Notes under the pieces: generated by a model | What the model was told of the DNA's origin: nothing | Databases searched by the model: none | Seen by the model: only the letters and a program-made list of their open reading frames with translations | Source of the DNA: Candidatus Nanopusillus sp. | GTDB taxonomy: Archaea > Nanobdellota > Nanobdellia > Nanobdellales > Nanobdellaceae | Length of the DNA: 32,000 nucleotides | Direction: 5' to 3' | Assembly (NCBI GenBank): GCA_049414405.1 | Contig: JBMSAQ010000006.1 | Location: 6,458-38,457, forward strand | Position numbers and translations under genes: made by a program | Part shown: positions 1-6,883 of the stretch, piece after piece | How positions within the stretch are numbered: position 1 is the first letter of the stretch | Layout: every line of letters starts with the position of its first letter

Positions 1-277
1 CCTCTCCAATTGCCAAAAATTTTTTATCTTTATTTTCTTCAATAAATTCCAATATTTTTTCTATATCATTATCATTCATATTTACAATTTCTTCAGGATA
101 CAATCCTAAAGCATAATATATTATACCATACTTTTTAGATTCTTCAATTACTATATTCATACTATCAACATCTATAGAATTTTCAATTATATATTTTACG
201 TTTCTTTCAATATTTTCCTTTATTTTTTCATCAACATCTTTATATAAAAATAGATGTGCATGATCATCGACTATCAT
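1..277 (-). CDS. TatD-family metal-dependent hydrolase, N-terminal part (gene runs off the left edge of the window)
   Basis: Own translation of the minus strand from the ATG at 277-275 gives MIVDDHAHLFLYKDVDEK...KKFLAIGE. The DxHxH start and the AIGE(IGLD)-type motif are TatD hallmarks. It is absent from the ORF track because it is truncated. The upstream gene's stop (280) lies 2 nt away, so the two are probably co-transcribed. Confidence 0.6.
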   Translation of the reverse strand, partial: MIVDDHAHLFLYKDVDEKIKENIERNVKYIIENSIDVDSMNIVIEESKKYGIIYYALGLYPEEIVNMNDNDIEKILEFIEENKDKKFLAIGE

Positions 278-279
278 AA

Positions 280-939
280 TTAGAACTTTTTCTTTAAATA
301 TATTAAAAATATATCTTCGAAGAAAATGTGTTTGCTATCTATTATCCTATAATCATAAAATTTTGAATATTTATTTAATATATATTGGGGATTTGTTATT
401 GAAGACATCATTATCAATATTTCTCCAAAATTATTTAATTTAGTTATGCTTTGATATAAAAATCTATCAATTGTCTCATATCCAAGCTTTCCTCCAGAAA
501 CCCACCGTTTTACTTTTATTCCCTCATAACTTATTTCTGGTAAATATGGGGGATTAAATAATATTAAATCAAATTTTTCATTTATATTATTAAATAAATC
601 AGAATGATAAAATTTTACCGATAAATTTATTTTTTCTATATTTTTATATAAGGAATTTAAATCAACATTATTATTTATATAATTTATATAAAAGTTTATT
701 TTAGATAGTTTTAAGCATTCTTCAGATATATCAGAAAAAGAAACATCTTTCGTATATTTATATGCTTCTAAACCTAGGATTCCAGATCCACACCCCATAT
801 CCAAAACCTTTTTATCTCTAGCAAATTCTTTTATATGATCATTTAATAAAAAGGAATCTTCTTTTGGAGGGTAACATTCAAGATCATAAATCTTATAATA
901 TATTATTAAATCATTATGTTTTATATATTCAAAATTCAT
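280..939 (-). CDS. Class I SAM-dependent methyltransferase, HemK/PrmC/Mtq2-like (candidate release-factor glutamine N5-methyltransferase)
   Basis: 219 aa. It has the SAM-binding motif VLDMGCGSGILG and the catalytic NPPY tetrapeptide (LILFNPPYLP). The N-terminal YPPKEDSFLL resembles archaeal HemK-related/Mtq2 proteins. Confidence 0.75.
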   Translation of the reverse strand: MNFEYIKHNDLIIYYKIYDLECYPPKEDSFLLNDHIKEFARDKKVLDMGCGSGILGLEAYKYTKDVSFSDISEECLKLSKINFYINYINNNVDLNSLYKNIEKINLSVKFYHSDLFNNINEKFDLILFNPPYLPEISYEGIKVKRWVSGGKLGYETIDRFLYQSITKLNNFGEILIMMSSITNPQYILNKYSKFYDYRIIDSKHIFFEDIFLIYLKKKF

Positions 940-978
940 AATAATATTTATTTAAGTTTTAATTTAAATTATTAATCT

Positions 979-1947
979 ATGCCAGAGAACGAAATATGGA
1001 CTGAAAAATATAGACCAAAAAGATTGGATGATATAAAAGGACAAGATGAGATTGTAAAGAGATTGAAAGCATTTGTAGAAAATAGAAATATGCCTCATTT
1101 ATTATTTGCTGGACCTGCCGGTGTTGGAAAAACAACTGCTGCATTGGCGCTTGCTAGAGAATTATATGGGGATAGATGGGAGCAAAATGTATTACAACTA
1201 AATGCTTCAGATGATAGAGGAATAGATGTTATAAGAGAAAAGGTAAAAGAATTTGCAAGAACAAAACCAATTGGAAATGTTCCATTTAAAATTTTATTTT
1301 TGGATGAAGCAGATGCAATGACAAGAGATGCGCAACAAGCTTTGAGAAGGATAATGGAAGAATATTCTTCAGTAACAAGATTCATATTAGCATGTAATTA
1401 TTCATCAAAAATTATAGAACCAATACAATCAAGAACTGTTGTATTTAGGTTTAAACAATTAAGTAAAAAGGATGTATTTAATTTATTAAAATCAATAGCT
1501 GAGAAGGAAAATTTAAATATAAGTGATGATGCATTAGAAGCAATATATTATATTTCAGAAGGTGATATGAGAAAATCAATAAATATGCTACAAGCCGCAG
1601 CCCTATATTCTAAAAATATAACTCCAGAGTTAATATATGAAGTTGCTTCTGTAGCTAAACCACAAGAATTACAGGAAGTATTAAAATTAGCATATGAAGG
1701 GAAATTTGTTGAGGCTAGAGAAAAATTAATTGATTTAATGTTAAAATATGGTCTTGCGGGGGAAGATATAATTAAATATTTATCAAAGGAAGTATATTCA
1801 ATGAATATATCTGAAAAAGAAAAATTAGATATAATATATTATGTTGGAGAAATAGAATATAGATTATTAGAAGGTTCAGATCCGATAATACAACTAAGTG
1901 CTTTATTAGCATATATAGGACTTAAGGGTTTACAAAGTAGAAAATAA
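979..1947 (+). CDS. rfcS: Replication factor C small subunit
   Basis: 322 aa. Motifs seen: WTEKYRP box, Walker [10 protein letters not shown], Walker [10 protein letters not shown], sensor SRT (SRC-type position) and EGDMRKSIN. Length and motif order are typical of archaeal RFC-S. Confidence 0.95.
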   Translation: MPENEIWTEKYRPKRLDDIKGQDEIVKRLKAFVENRNMPHLLFAGPAGVGKTTAALALARELYGDRWEQNVLQLNASDDRGIDVIREKVKEFARTKPIGNVPFKILFLDEADAMTRDAQQALRRIMEEYSSVTRFILACNYSSKIIEPIQSRTVVFRFKQLSKKDVFNLLKSIAEKENLNISDDALEAIYYISEGDMRKSINMLQAAALYSKNITPELIYEVASVAKPQELQEVLKLAYEGKFVEAREKLIDLMLKYGLAGEDIIKYLSKEVYSMNISEKEKLDIIYYVGEIEYRLLEGSDPIIQLSALLAYIGLKGLQSRK

Positions 1948-2020
1948 TTTTTGATAATCATTTTTGAAATTCAAGATTATAAAGCAATTATTTATATTTT
2001 GGAAAATAGTAAAATTCTAC

Positions 2021-2278
2021 ATGTCATATAATATTGAATATGAATTTAAGATTCCAAAATATATAATAGAAGGGATTTTAGATGAATGCAATGCCGAAAG
2101 TCTGCATAAGAATGGAGATATTATGATAAAAAGGTTAATAGCAGATTATATATTAAATAAATATCCTGATCTATTTGATATAGATGATAAAAAATATGAA
2201 GAGATTTTAAAAAATATGAAAATTGAAGATAAGGGAAATAAATATATCTATGTTTATATATACGTAGATCAAAATTAA
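2021..2278 (+). CDS. Hypothetical small acidic protein (85 aa from the first ATG; the track start at 1964 is a TTG)
   Basis: Open frame MSYNIEYEFKIPKYIIEG... with no recognisable motif. Its stop lies 4 nt before the next ATG, suggesting an operon with 2283..2696. Confidence 0.35.
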   Translation: MSYNIEYEFKIPKYIIEGILDECNAESLHKNGDIMIKRLIADYILNKYPDLFDIDDKKYEEILKNMKIEDKGNKYIYVYIYVDQN

Positions 2279-2282
2279 TTTT

Positions 2283-2696
2283 ATGGATATATCAAAGATA
2301 CCTAGATTAGCGATTTGGGTAGGTGTGGCGATTTTTATATTGGTTGTATTGTATGCAGTATACATATATTATGTAACATCATATTTACCCCCATATTTGA
2401 AATATTTTACATATAGTTGTCAACATGCAAATGGAGAATCTTTAATTATAATTACTGCAAAACAAAATTTGGAAAATGTAGTAGTGTATAATTTTTATAA
2501 AAATTCAACATGTGATTTGGGAAATATAAATTATGGATCTATGAATGGTTGTAGTGTAAATAATAATATCATTGTAGGAAATGCATATGTAAGAGTGCTT
2601 TATACTGTAAATGATAACCAATATGAAGCTATCTTACCATGTAAAATAGTCGAAAGTGGTATGTTAAGTGGACTTTTATCTTTATTTGGTCGTTAA
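2283..2696 (+). CDS. Hypothetical N-terminally membrane-anchored protein with four Cys in the predicted external part
   Basis: 137 aa. One hydrophobic helix (LAIWVGVAIFILVVLYAVYIYYV) is followed by an N/G/S-rich, likely beta-rich domain with Cys at SCQH, STCD, NGCS and LPCK. No family recognised. Confidence 0.5.
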   Translation: MDISKIPRLAIWVGVAIFILVVLYAVYIYYVTSYLPPYLKYFTYSCQHANGESLIIITAKQNLENVVVYNFYKNSTCDLGNINYGSMNGCSVNNNIIVGNAYVRVLYTVNDNQYEAILPCKIVESGMLSGLLSLFGR

Positions 2697-2809
2697 ATAA
2701 AAATTAAAAAATTTTTACATTAATATTTTATATTATTTTTACTTTATAATTTTTCCATAATTCTCAATATAATTTAAACTTGTCCGATATAAAAGACAAT
2801 AATATACTA

Positions 2810-2823
2810 GACCTAGATAGGTC
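2810..2823. repeat. Near-palindrome GACCTA-ga-TAGGTC in the convergent intergenic gap of the rfcS/rfcL island
   Basis: Read directly. It has 6-bp inverted arms and is unusually G+C-rich for this gap. The 2-nt spacer is too short for a hairpin, so it is more likely a protein-binding site or a chance match. Confidence 0.3.
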
Positions 2824-2899
2824 ATTAATATAATCTCTTTTAATAATTTTCGAGAGTTTAGCTTTTTTATACTTTGGTATATATACTTGCTAAATAATG

Positions 2900-3583
2900 T
2901 TAGATTTCATCACTTTTGTTAAGTTGTTCTATATTCCTTTTAGGACTTTTTAACAGATGTTCTATAATCTCTTTAATGTAATCAGATGCCAGTTGATAAG
3001 TATTTCTGTAGTGATCAACTTTTTCTTTAAAATCTGATAGATTTCCAATTTTTATATATTTGTCAATATCTACATTATTTAATGTTTCTTTAATTTTCTT
3101 TTCAAATCTATTATACAAATCGTTAAGTACTGATGAAGATGATAAATGTTCTATAACTTCAATTAAATTATTAATTTTCATTTCAAAATAAGATTTGTCA
3201 AATTTGATAAAGTTTATTTTCTTTAAGTATTCATCAAAAGCTCTTAATATACCAGTAGAAAAATAACATTTTTTTGTACATCCTATATAACTATTTATAG
3301 TCATGTTATATTCTGCTCTATATGTACAAAGAGTTGTTTTGCAAATGCCCTGTTTAGATATAATTTGCATTAATTTATCTAATGATGAAACTATTCGATC
3401 CAGTTTAATGAGCATTTTAATATCTCTCTTTTCTAATGCTTCTATAGCATTATAATATATTTGGCGATTGATCTTTGCTACTATGTCGTTGATATATGCA
3501 TTACATTGAAGCAGTTCTGCATGAAGTACCTTAAGAAGAAGATATGTATTTAGTATGTTCTCTTCATTATTTTTGTCCACCAT
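2900..3583 (-). CDS. Hypothetical all-helical protein; single-copy paralog of the module duplicated in 3818..5053
   Basis: 227 aa. The segment SLDKLMQIISKQGICKTTL (aa 67-85) matches SLSKLIKNLEKFGECKSFL of the neighbouring gene at 9 of 19 positions. The flanking EALEK / GDALER and STGILRAF / KRGILKGI also align. It has a Cys cluster GICKTTLC...GCTKKC. No known family recognised. Confidence 0.6.
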   Translation of the reverse strand: MVDKNNEENILNTYLLLKVLHAELLQCNAYINDIVAKINRQIYYNAIEALEKRDIKMLIKLDRIVSSLDKLMQIISKQGICKTTLCTYRAEYNMTINSYIGCTKKCYFSTGILRAFDEYLKKINFIKFDKSYFEMKINNLIEVIEHLSSSSVLNDLYNRFEKKIKETLNNVDIDKYIKIGNLSDFKEKVDHYRNTYQLASDYIKEIIEHLLKSPKRNIEQLNKSDEI

Positions 3584-3605
3584 AACTAAATTAATTATTA
3601 AAAAT

Positions 3606-3647
3606 ATTTTAAATCTGTTATTATTAAATAGTAATCATAATAGTAAT
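3606..3647 (-). promoter_or_regulatory. Promoter of 2900..3583: TATA-like box plus a conserved upstream element with two TAGTAAT copies
   Basis: The minus-strand TTTAAAAT (3613-3606) lies 30 nt from the ATG at 3583. The 22-nt stretch TTATTATTAAATAGTAATCATA (3618-3639) is identical to 5100-5121. TAGTAAT occurs at 3629-3635 and again at 3641-3647. Confidence 0.5.
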
Positions 3648-3722
3648 GTCATTAAAATAATTTAAAATATATTGCAGAGCTAAATCAAGATAAAAAAGTA
3701 CAAGAGCTGCCTATTCTGTGCA

Positions 3723-3792
3723 AGTTCTTTACTCACTTGTATAATTCTTTCTCTTATATATGTTCTGTATATACTCTTTTAGTTCTTTACTC
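3723..3792. repeat. 12-nt direct repeat AGTTCTTTACTC (3723-3734 and 3781-3792) inside an unexplained ~165-bp spacer
   Basis: Read directly; two exact copies 58 nt apart. The surrounding spacer (3651-3817) has no start-codon-bearing ORF on either strand. Confidence 0.4.
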
Positions 3793-3817
3793 CAGCCTTT
3801 TATGCTGCTTTATTAAA

Positions 3818-5053
3818 CTACTTTAAAGACTTCCCTACATATTTCATACTCAAGCTTCCTAAAGTAACTACATATTTCATAATTTGGTCTTCATACTCTT
3901 CAGGGCTCCTAAAGTAATTCATTAGGAGATGCTTAATTTTTTCACCTGCATGTATACGTGCACTTACATGTGCTTTTCTTACTTCATATGGAGATATGGT
4001 TTGATAATTCTTATCTTTTAGCATCTTCTTTAATGTAGTTTCTTTTACTTCTTTATAATATTTATATAAACCCTCTATTATTTCTTCGCCTCCATTTGCT
4101 AATTTTTCTAAACCTTTTTTAAATCTTTCAATTTCCTCTGGTGAGTGCTTATACTTTGATACTGACCATTCTAGAAAACTTTCCATGAAGGAACCCATAA
4201 AGTAATATATATCTGCATATTCTCTGAGAATTTTTGGATCATTAGTTAAAAGATTAATTTTGTTCAATTTTCTTAAGTTTTCAATTAATGTTGCTAATGA
4301 TGGTAAAGCTTCTCGTATTACTACTCCGTGTGCGTTTATTATAGAAGATGCATAAAGATCATAGTTTCTTATGACTTCCTCTAATTCTTTTCTTATTTCT
4401 ACTTCATCTATTTCTGCTTTTTTGCTACCTATAGAAGATGGTATTTTTGAAAACGCTTCTTTCAATACAGATAGATATTTTGCTACTGATGGTTTTTTTC
4501 CTAAATATTTGCTAAGTTTTTTTCCATAATTTTCAGGATCATCCAAATATCGAACTATAAGAAACGTAATAGCTCGAACTTCGGGTACTATTTCAAATAT
4601 ATCTTTATCTATATCTTTTTTAGATATTGGGATGGTTTTAAATAAGTGGTATAGATTATACAAATCTTCTATTACTTGTTTGCCTCCATTTGCTAAAGCT
4701 TCTAAACTTTTTATAAATTCTTCAATTTCTACTGGTGGACGCTTCTTTATAGTATAATGATGAATACCTTTAAGTATGCCTCTTTTAAAGTTATATTCAT
4801 CTATACACTTTCGGAGAGTTTTTGGATCATTGGTTAAAAAACTTTTACATTCACCAAACTTCTCTAAATTTTTTATTAGTTTTGATAACGATGGTAATGC
4901 TTGTGGTGCATTTTTTAATACTCTTTCGAGTGCATCGCCCTTTGTAGATAAATAAAGTGCGTATTCAAACACAGCTTTATGTAATGCCTTCCTTACTGAT
5001 TCTTCTAATGTTTTAGATTGATTTTGATTTGAAGATAAGGGTATTCCTTCCAT
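3818..5053 (-). CDS. Hypothetical all-helical protein made of a tandem duplication of a ~197-aa module
   Basis: 411 aa. The two halves share motifs at a constant offset of about 197 aa. ALPSLSKLIKNL (aa 52) pairs with ALPSLATLIENL (aa 249). LTNDPKTLR (aa 73) pairs with LTNDPKILR (aa 269). EIEEFIKSLEALANGGKQVIEDLY (aa 109) pairs with EIERFKKGLEKLANGGEEIIEGLY (aa 307). No known family recognised. Confidence 0.7.
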   Translation of the reverse strand: MEGIPLSSNQNQSKTLEESVRKALHKAVFEYALYLSTKGDALERVLKNAPQALPSLSKLIKNLEKFGECKSFLTNDPKTLRKCIDEYNFKRGILKGIHHYTIKKRPPVEIEEFIKSLEALANGGKQVIEDLYNLYHLFKTIPISKKDIDKDIFEIVPEVRAITFLIVRYLDDPENYGKKLSKYLGKKPSVAKYLSVLKEAFSKIPSSIGSKKAEIDEVEIRKELEEVIRNYDLYASSIINAHGVVIREALPSLATLIENLRKLNKINLLTNDPKILREYADIYYFMGSFMESFLEWSVSKYKHSPEEIERFKKGLEKLANGGEEIIEGLYKYYKEVKETTLKKMLKDKNYQTISPYEVRKAHVSARIHAGEKIKHLLMNYFRSPEEYEDQIMKYVVTLGSLSMKYVGKSLK

Positions 5054-5076
5054 TAAGTAAATATATTACTAAAAAG

Positions 5077-5121
5077 ATTTTTAAATCTATTGTTACTATT
5101 TATTATTAAATAGTAATCATA
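5077..5121 (-). promoter_or_regulatory. Promoter of 3818..5053: TATA-like box plus the conserved upstream element, here within an inverted repeat
   Basis: The minus-strand TTTAAAAAT (5085-5077) lies 32 nt from the ATG at 5053. The 22-nt identity with 3618-3639 falls at 5100-5121. TTACTATTTA (5093-5102) and TAAATAGTAA (5107-5116) form a perfect 10-bp inverted repeat with a 4-nt spacer. Confidence 0.5.
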
Positions 5122-5142
5122 CTAACATATTCTTAAACATAA

Positions 5143-5150
5143 TTTTAATA
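5143..5150 (+). promoter_or_regulatory. TATA-like box of rfcL
   Basis: TTTTAATA lies 29 nt upstream of the ATG at 5172. This matches the 27-32 nt TATA-to-ATG spacing seen at other operon heads in the window and suggests a leaderless or near-leaderless mRNA. Confidence 0.4.
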
Positions 5151-5171
5151 TCCTAACTAAAAATATAAATA

Positions 5172-6398
5172 ATGGTTGAACCATGGATAAAAAAATATGC
5201 ACCTAAACATATTAATGAAATAATTAATCAAGCAGAAGCTGTTGGAAAAATAAAATCTTTTATTGAAAAATATCCAAATGTGGATAAAAAAGCATTATTA
5301 TTATATGGACCTCCAGGTGTTGGAAAAACATCATCAATATATGCAATTGCAAATGATTTAAATTATGAAGTTGTAGAAATAAATGCTTCAGATAATAGAA
5401 ATGCGAGAGCTATACATGTAAAATTAGGAGAAGCAATAAAGGGAAAACCTTTTTTCAAAAAGGGAAGGATAATATTGGTTGATGAAGTTGATGGGTTAGC
5501 AGGATTTCAAGATAGAGGAGGAATAGGGGCATTAATAAAAATAATAGAAGAATCAAGATGGCCAATAATATTAACTGCAAATGATCCATGGGATCTTAAG
5601 TTTAAAAAATTAAGAGATGTATGTAATGTGGTTGAATTCAAAAAATTATCAAATACAGATATAATAAGACAGTTAAGAAGAATTTGTGCAAGTGAAAAAA
5701 TAACAATTGATGATAATGCATTATCTGCACTTGTAGAAAGATCTTCTGGAGATTTAAGAAGTGCAATAAATGATCTGCAAGCATTGGCAACAATGAGCAA
5801 TCATATTACCTTAAAAGACTTAGAAGTTTTGGGTTATAGAGAAAGAGAGATTACAATATTTAGAGCATTGGGTCAAATGTTTAAAGCAACTACAATAATG
5901 GGGTCTACATTACCATTTGCTGATGTAGATATGGATCCTGAAGAAATTAAGGCATGGGTTGAAGAGAATATATCGAATGAATATGAAAATATAAAAGAAA
6001 TATATGAAGCTTATAATTGGTTATCATTGGCAGTTATATTTTATGGAAGAATTTATAAAAGACAATATTGGGATCTATTAAGATATTTTACAACATTAAT
6101 GTATGCTGGTGTTGCATTGGCAAAAGAAAAGAAATATAATAAATTTACAAAGTACAGGATGCCACAGTATGTAAAAAGATTGGCTCAAAATAAAGAAATA
6201 AGGGAAAAAATTGAAGAATTGTCAAAAAATTTACAGAAGAAGGTTCATACATCAAAAAAGAGAGTTAGAGAAGTATATATAAACACATTAATAGTTTTAA
6301 TGAAAAATAATGAAAAAATAGGGAGAAAATATGCGGAAATATTGGGATTTAATGAAAATGAAATATCATATATAAAAGCTGCTGTAGAAAAGTTATGA
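5172..6398 (+). CDS. rfcL: Replication factor C large subunit
   Basis: 408 aa. Motifs seen: WIKKYAPK box, Walker A GPPGVGKTS, Walker B ILVDEVDGL and SGDLRSAINDLQ. The C-terminal helical extension is typical of archaeal RFC-L. Confidence 0.9.
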   Translation: MVEPWIKKYAPKHINEIINQAEAVGKIKSFIEKYPNVDKKALLLYGPPGVGKTSSIYAIANDLNYEVVEINASDNRNARAIHVKLGEAIKGKPFFKKGRIILVDEVDGLAGFQDRGGIGALIKIIEESRWPIILTANDPWDLKFKKLRDVCNVVEFKKLSNTDIIRQLRRICASEKITIDDNALSALVERSSGDLRSAINDLQALATMSNHITLKDLEVLGYREREITIFRALGQMFKATTIMGSTLPFADVDMDPEEIKAWVEENISNEYENIKEIYEAYNWLSLAVIFYGRIYKRQYWDLLRYFTTLMYAGVALAKEKKYNKFTKYRMPQYVKRLAQNKEIREKIEELSKNLQKKVHTSKKRVREVYINTLIVLMKNNEKIGRKYAEILGFNENEISYIKAAVEKL

Positions 6399-6883
6399 AA
6401 GAACTAAACAAAAAAATTGTAGAAGAAATATTTAAGAAAATAGAAGAATACTATAATATGAAGATAGATAAGTCAATAATAAAGAAATATAGATTTTTTA
6501 TTAATAAGGATAAAATATATATGTTTAATAAGAATTTTCCAGACTTTTTGGACGAAAAATATATAAAAAAATATGGTTTGTATGTTATTAAAATAGAAAA
6601 AAATAATAGATATAGATTTAGTATAGAAGGAGCACAAATATTTGGAATAAATTCTAATAAAAATATTGAAATAAAAAAGGAAAATCTTTTTTATAAATCT
6701 AATGAAAATATAAAATTGGAAAAAAATTTTGAGAATGGTTTTTATATAGCAAAAGATAATAATGATATTTTGGGTAGTGTTTATATTAAAAATAATATAT
6801 TAAAAGATTTTATACCAAAAGAAAGAAAAATAAATTATACCTTTACTAAAGATAAGCCAGAAAATACATATGTAAATAAATAA
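6395..6883 (+). CDS. Small pre-PUA/PUA-like protein, possibly NIP7/UPF0113-like ribosome-biogenesis factor
   Basis: 162 aa. The pattern KIVEEIFKKIEEY...FFINKDKIYMFN...YGLYVIKIEKNNRYRFSIEGAQIFG...GFYIAKDNNDILGSVYIKNN resembles the archaeal NIP7-homolog layout. This is by-eye similarity only. The start overlaps the rfcL stop by ATGA. Confidence 0.4.
   Translation: MKELNKKIVEEIFKKIEEYYNMKIDKSIIKKYRFFINKDKIYMFNKNFPDFLDEKYIKKYGLYVIKIEKNNRYRFSIEGAQIFGINSNKNIEIKKENLFYKSNENIKLEKNFENGFYIAKDNNDILGSVYIKNNILKDFIPKERKINYTFTKDKPENTYVNK

Noticed and set aside
1964-2020. TTG start at 1964 for the small ORF after rfcS.
   Set aside because: The first 19 codons (MKFKIIKQLFIFWKIVKFY) look like translated promoter or AT-rich sequence. 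The first ATG at 2021 is more plausible, though the gene itself remains low confidence.
2897-2915. C-box-like GTGATGA on the minus strand near 2906-2912, as a possible C/D-box sRNA.
   Set aside because: It lies within the last codons of the 2900..3583 CDS (..KSDEI), and no CTGA D box or C'/D' motifs follow within about 70 nt downstream.
3656-3826. A plus-strand open frame of about 55 codons in the 3651-3817 spacer (..AELNQDKKVQELPILCKFFTHLYN..).
   Set aside because: It has no ATG/GTG/TTG start in frame, no promoter-like box at the right distance, and a hydrophobic junk-like translation. It is kept only as part of the spacer finding.
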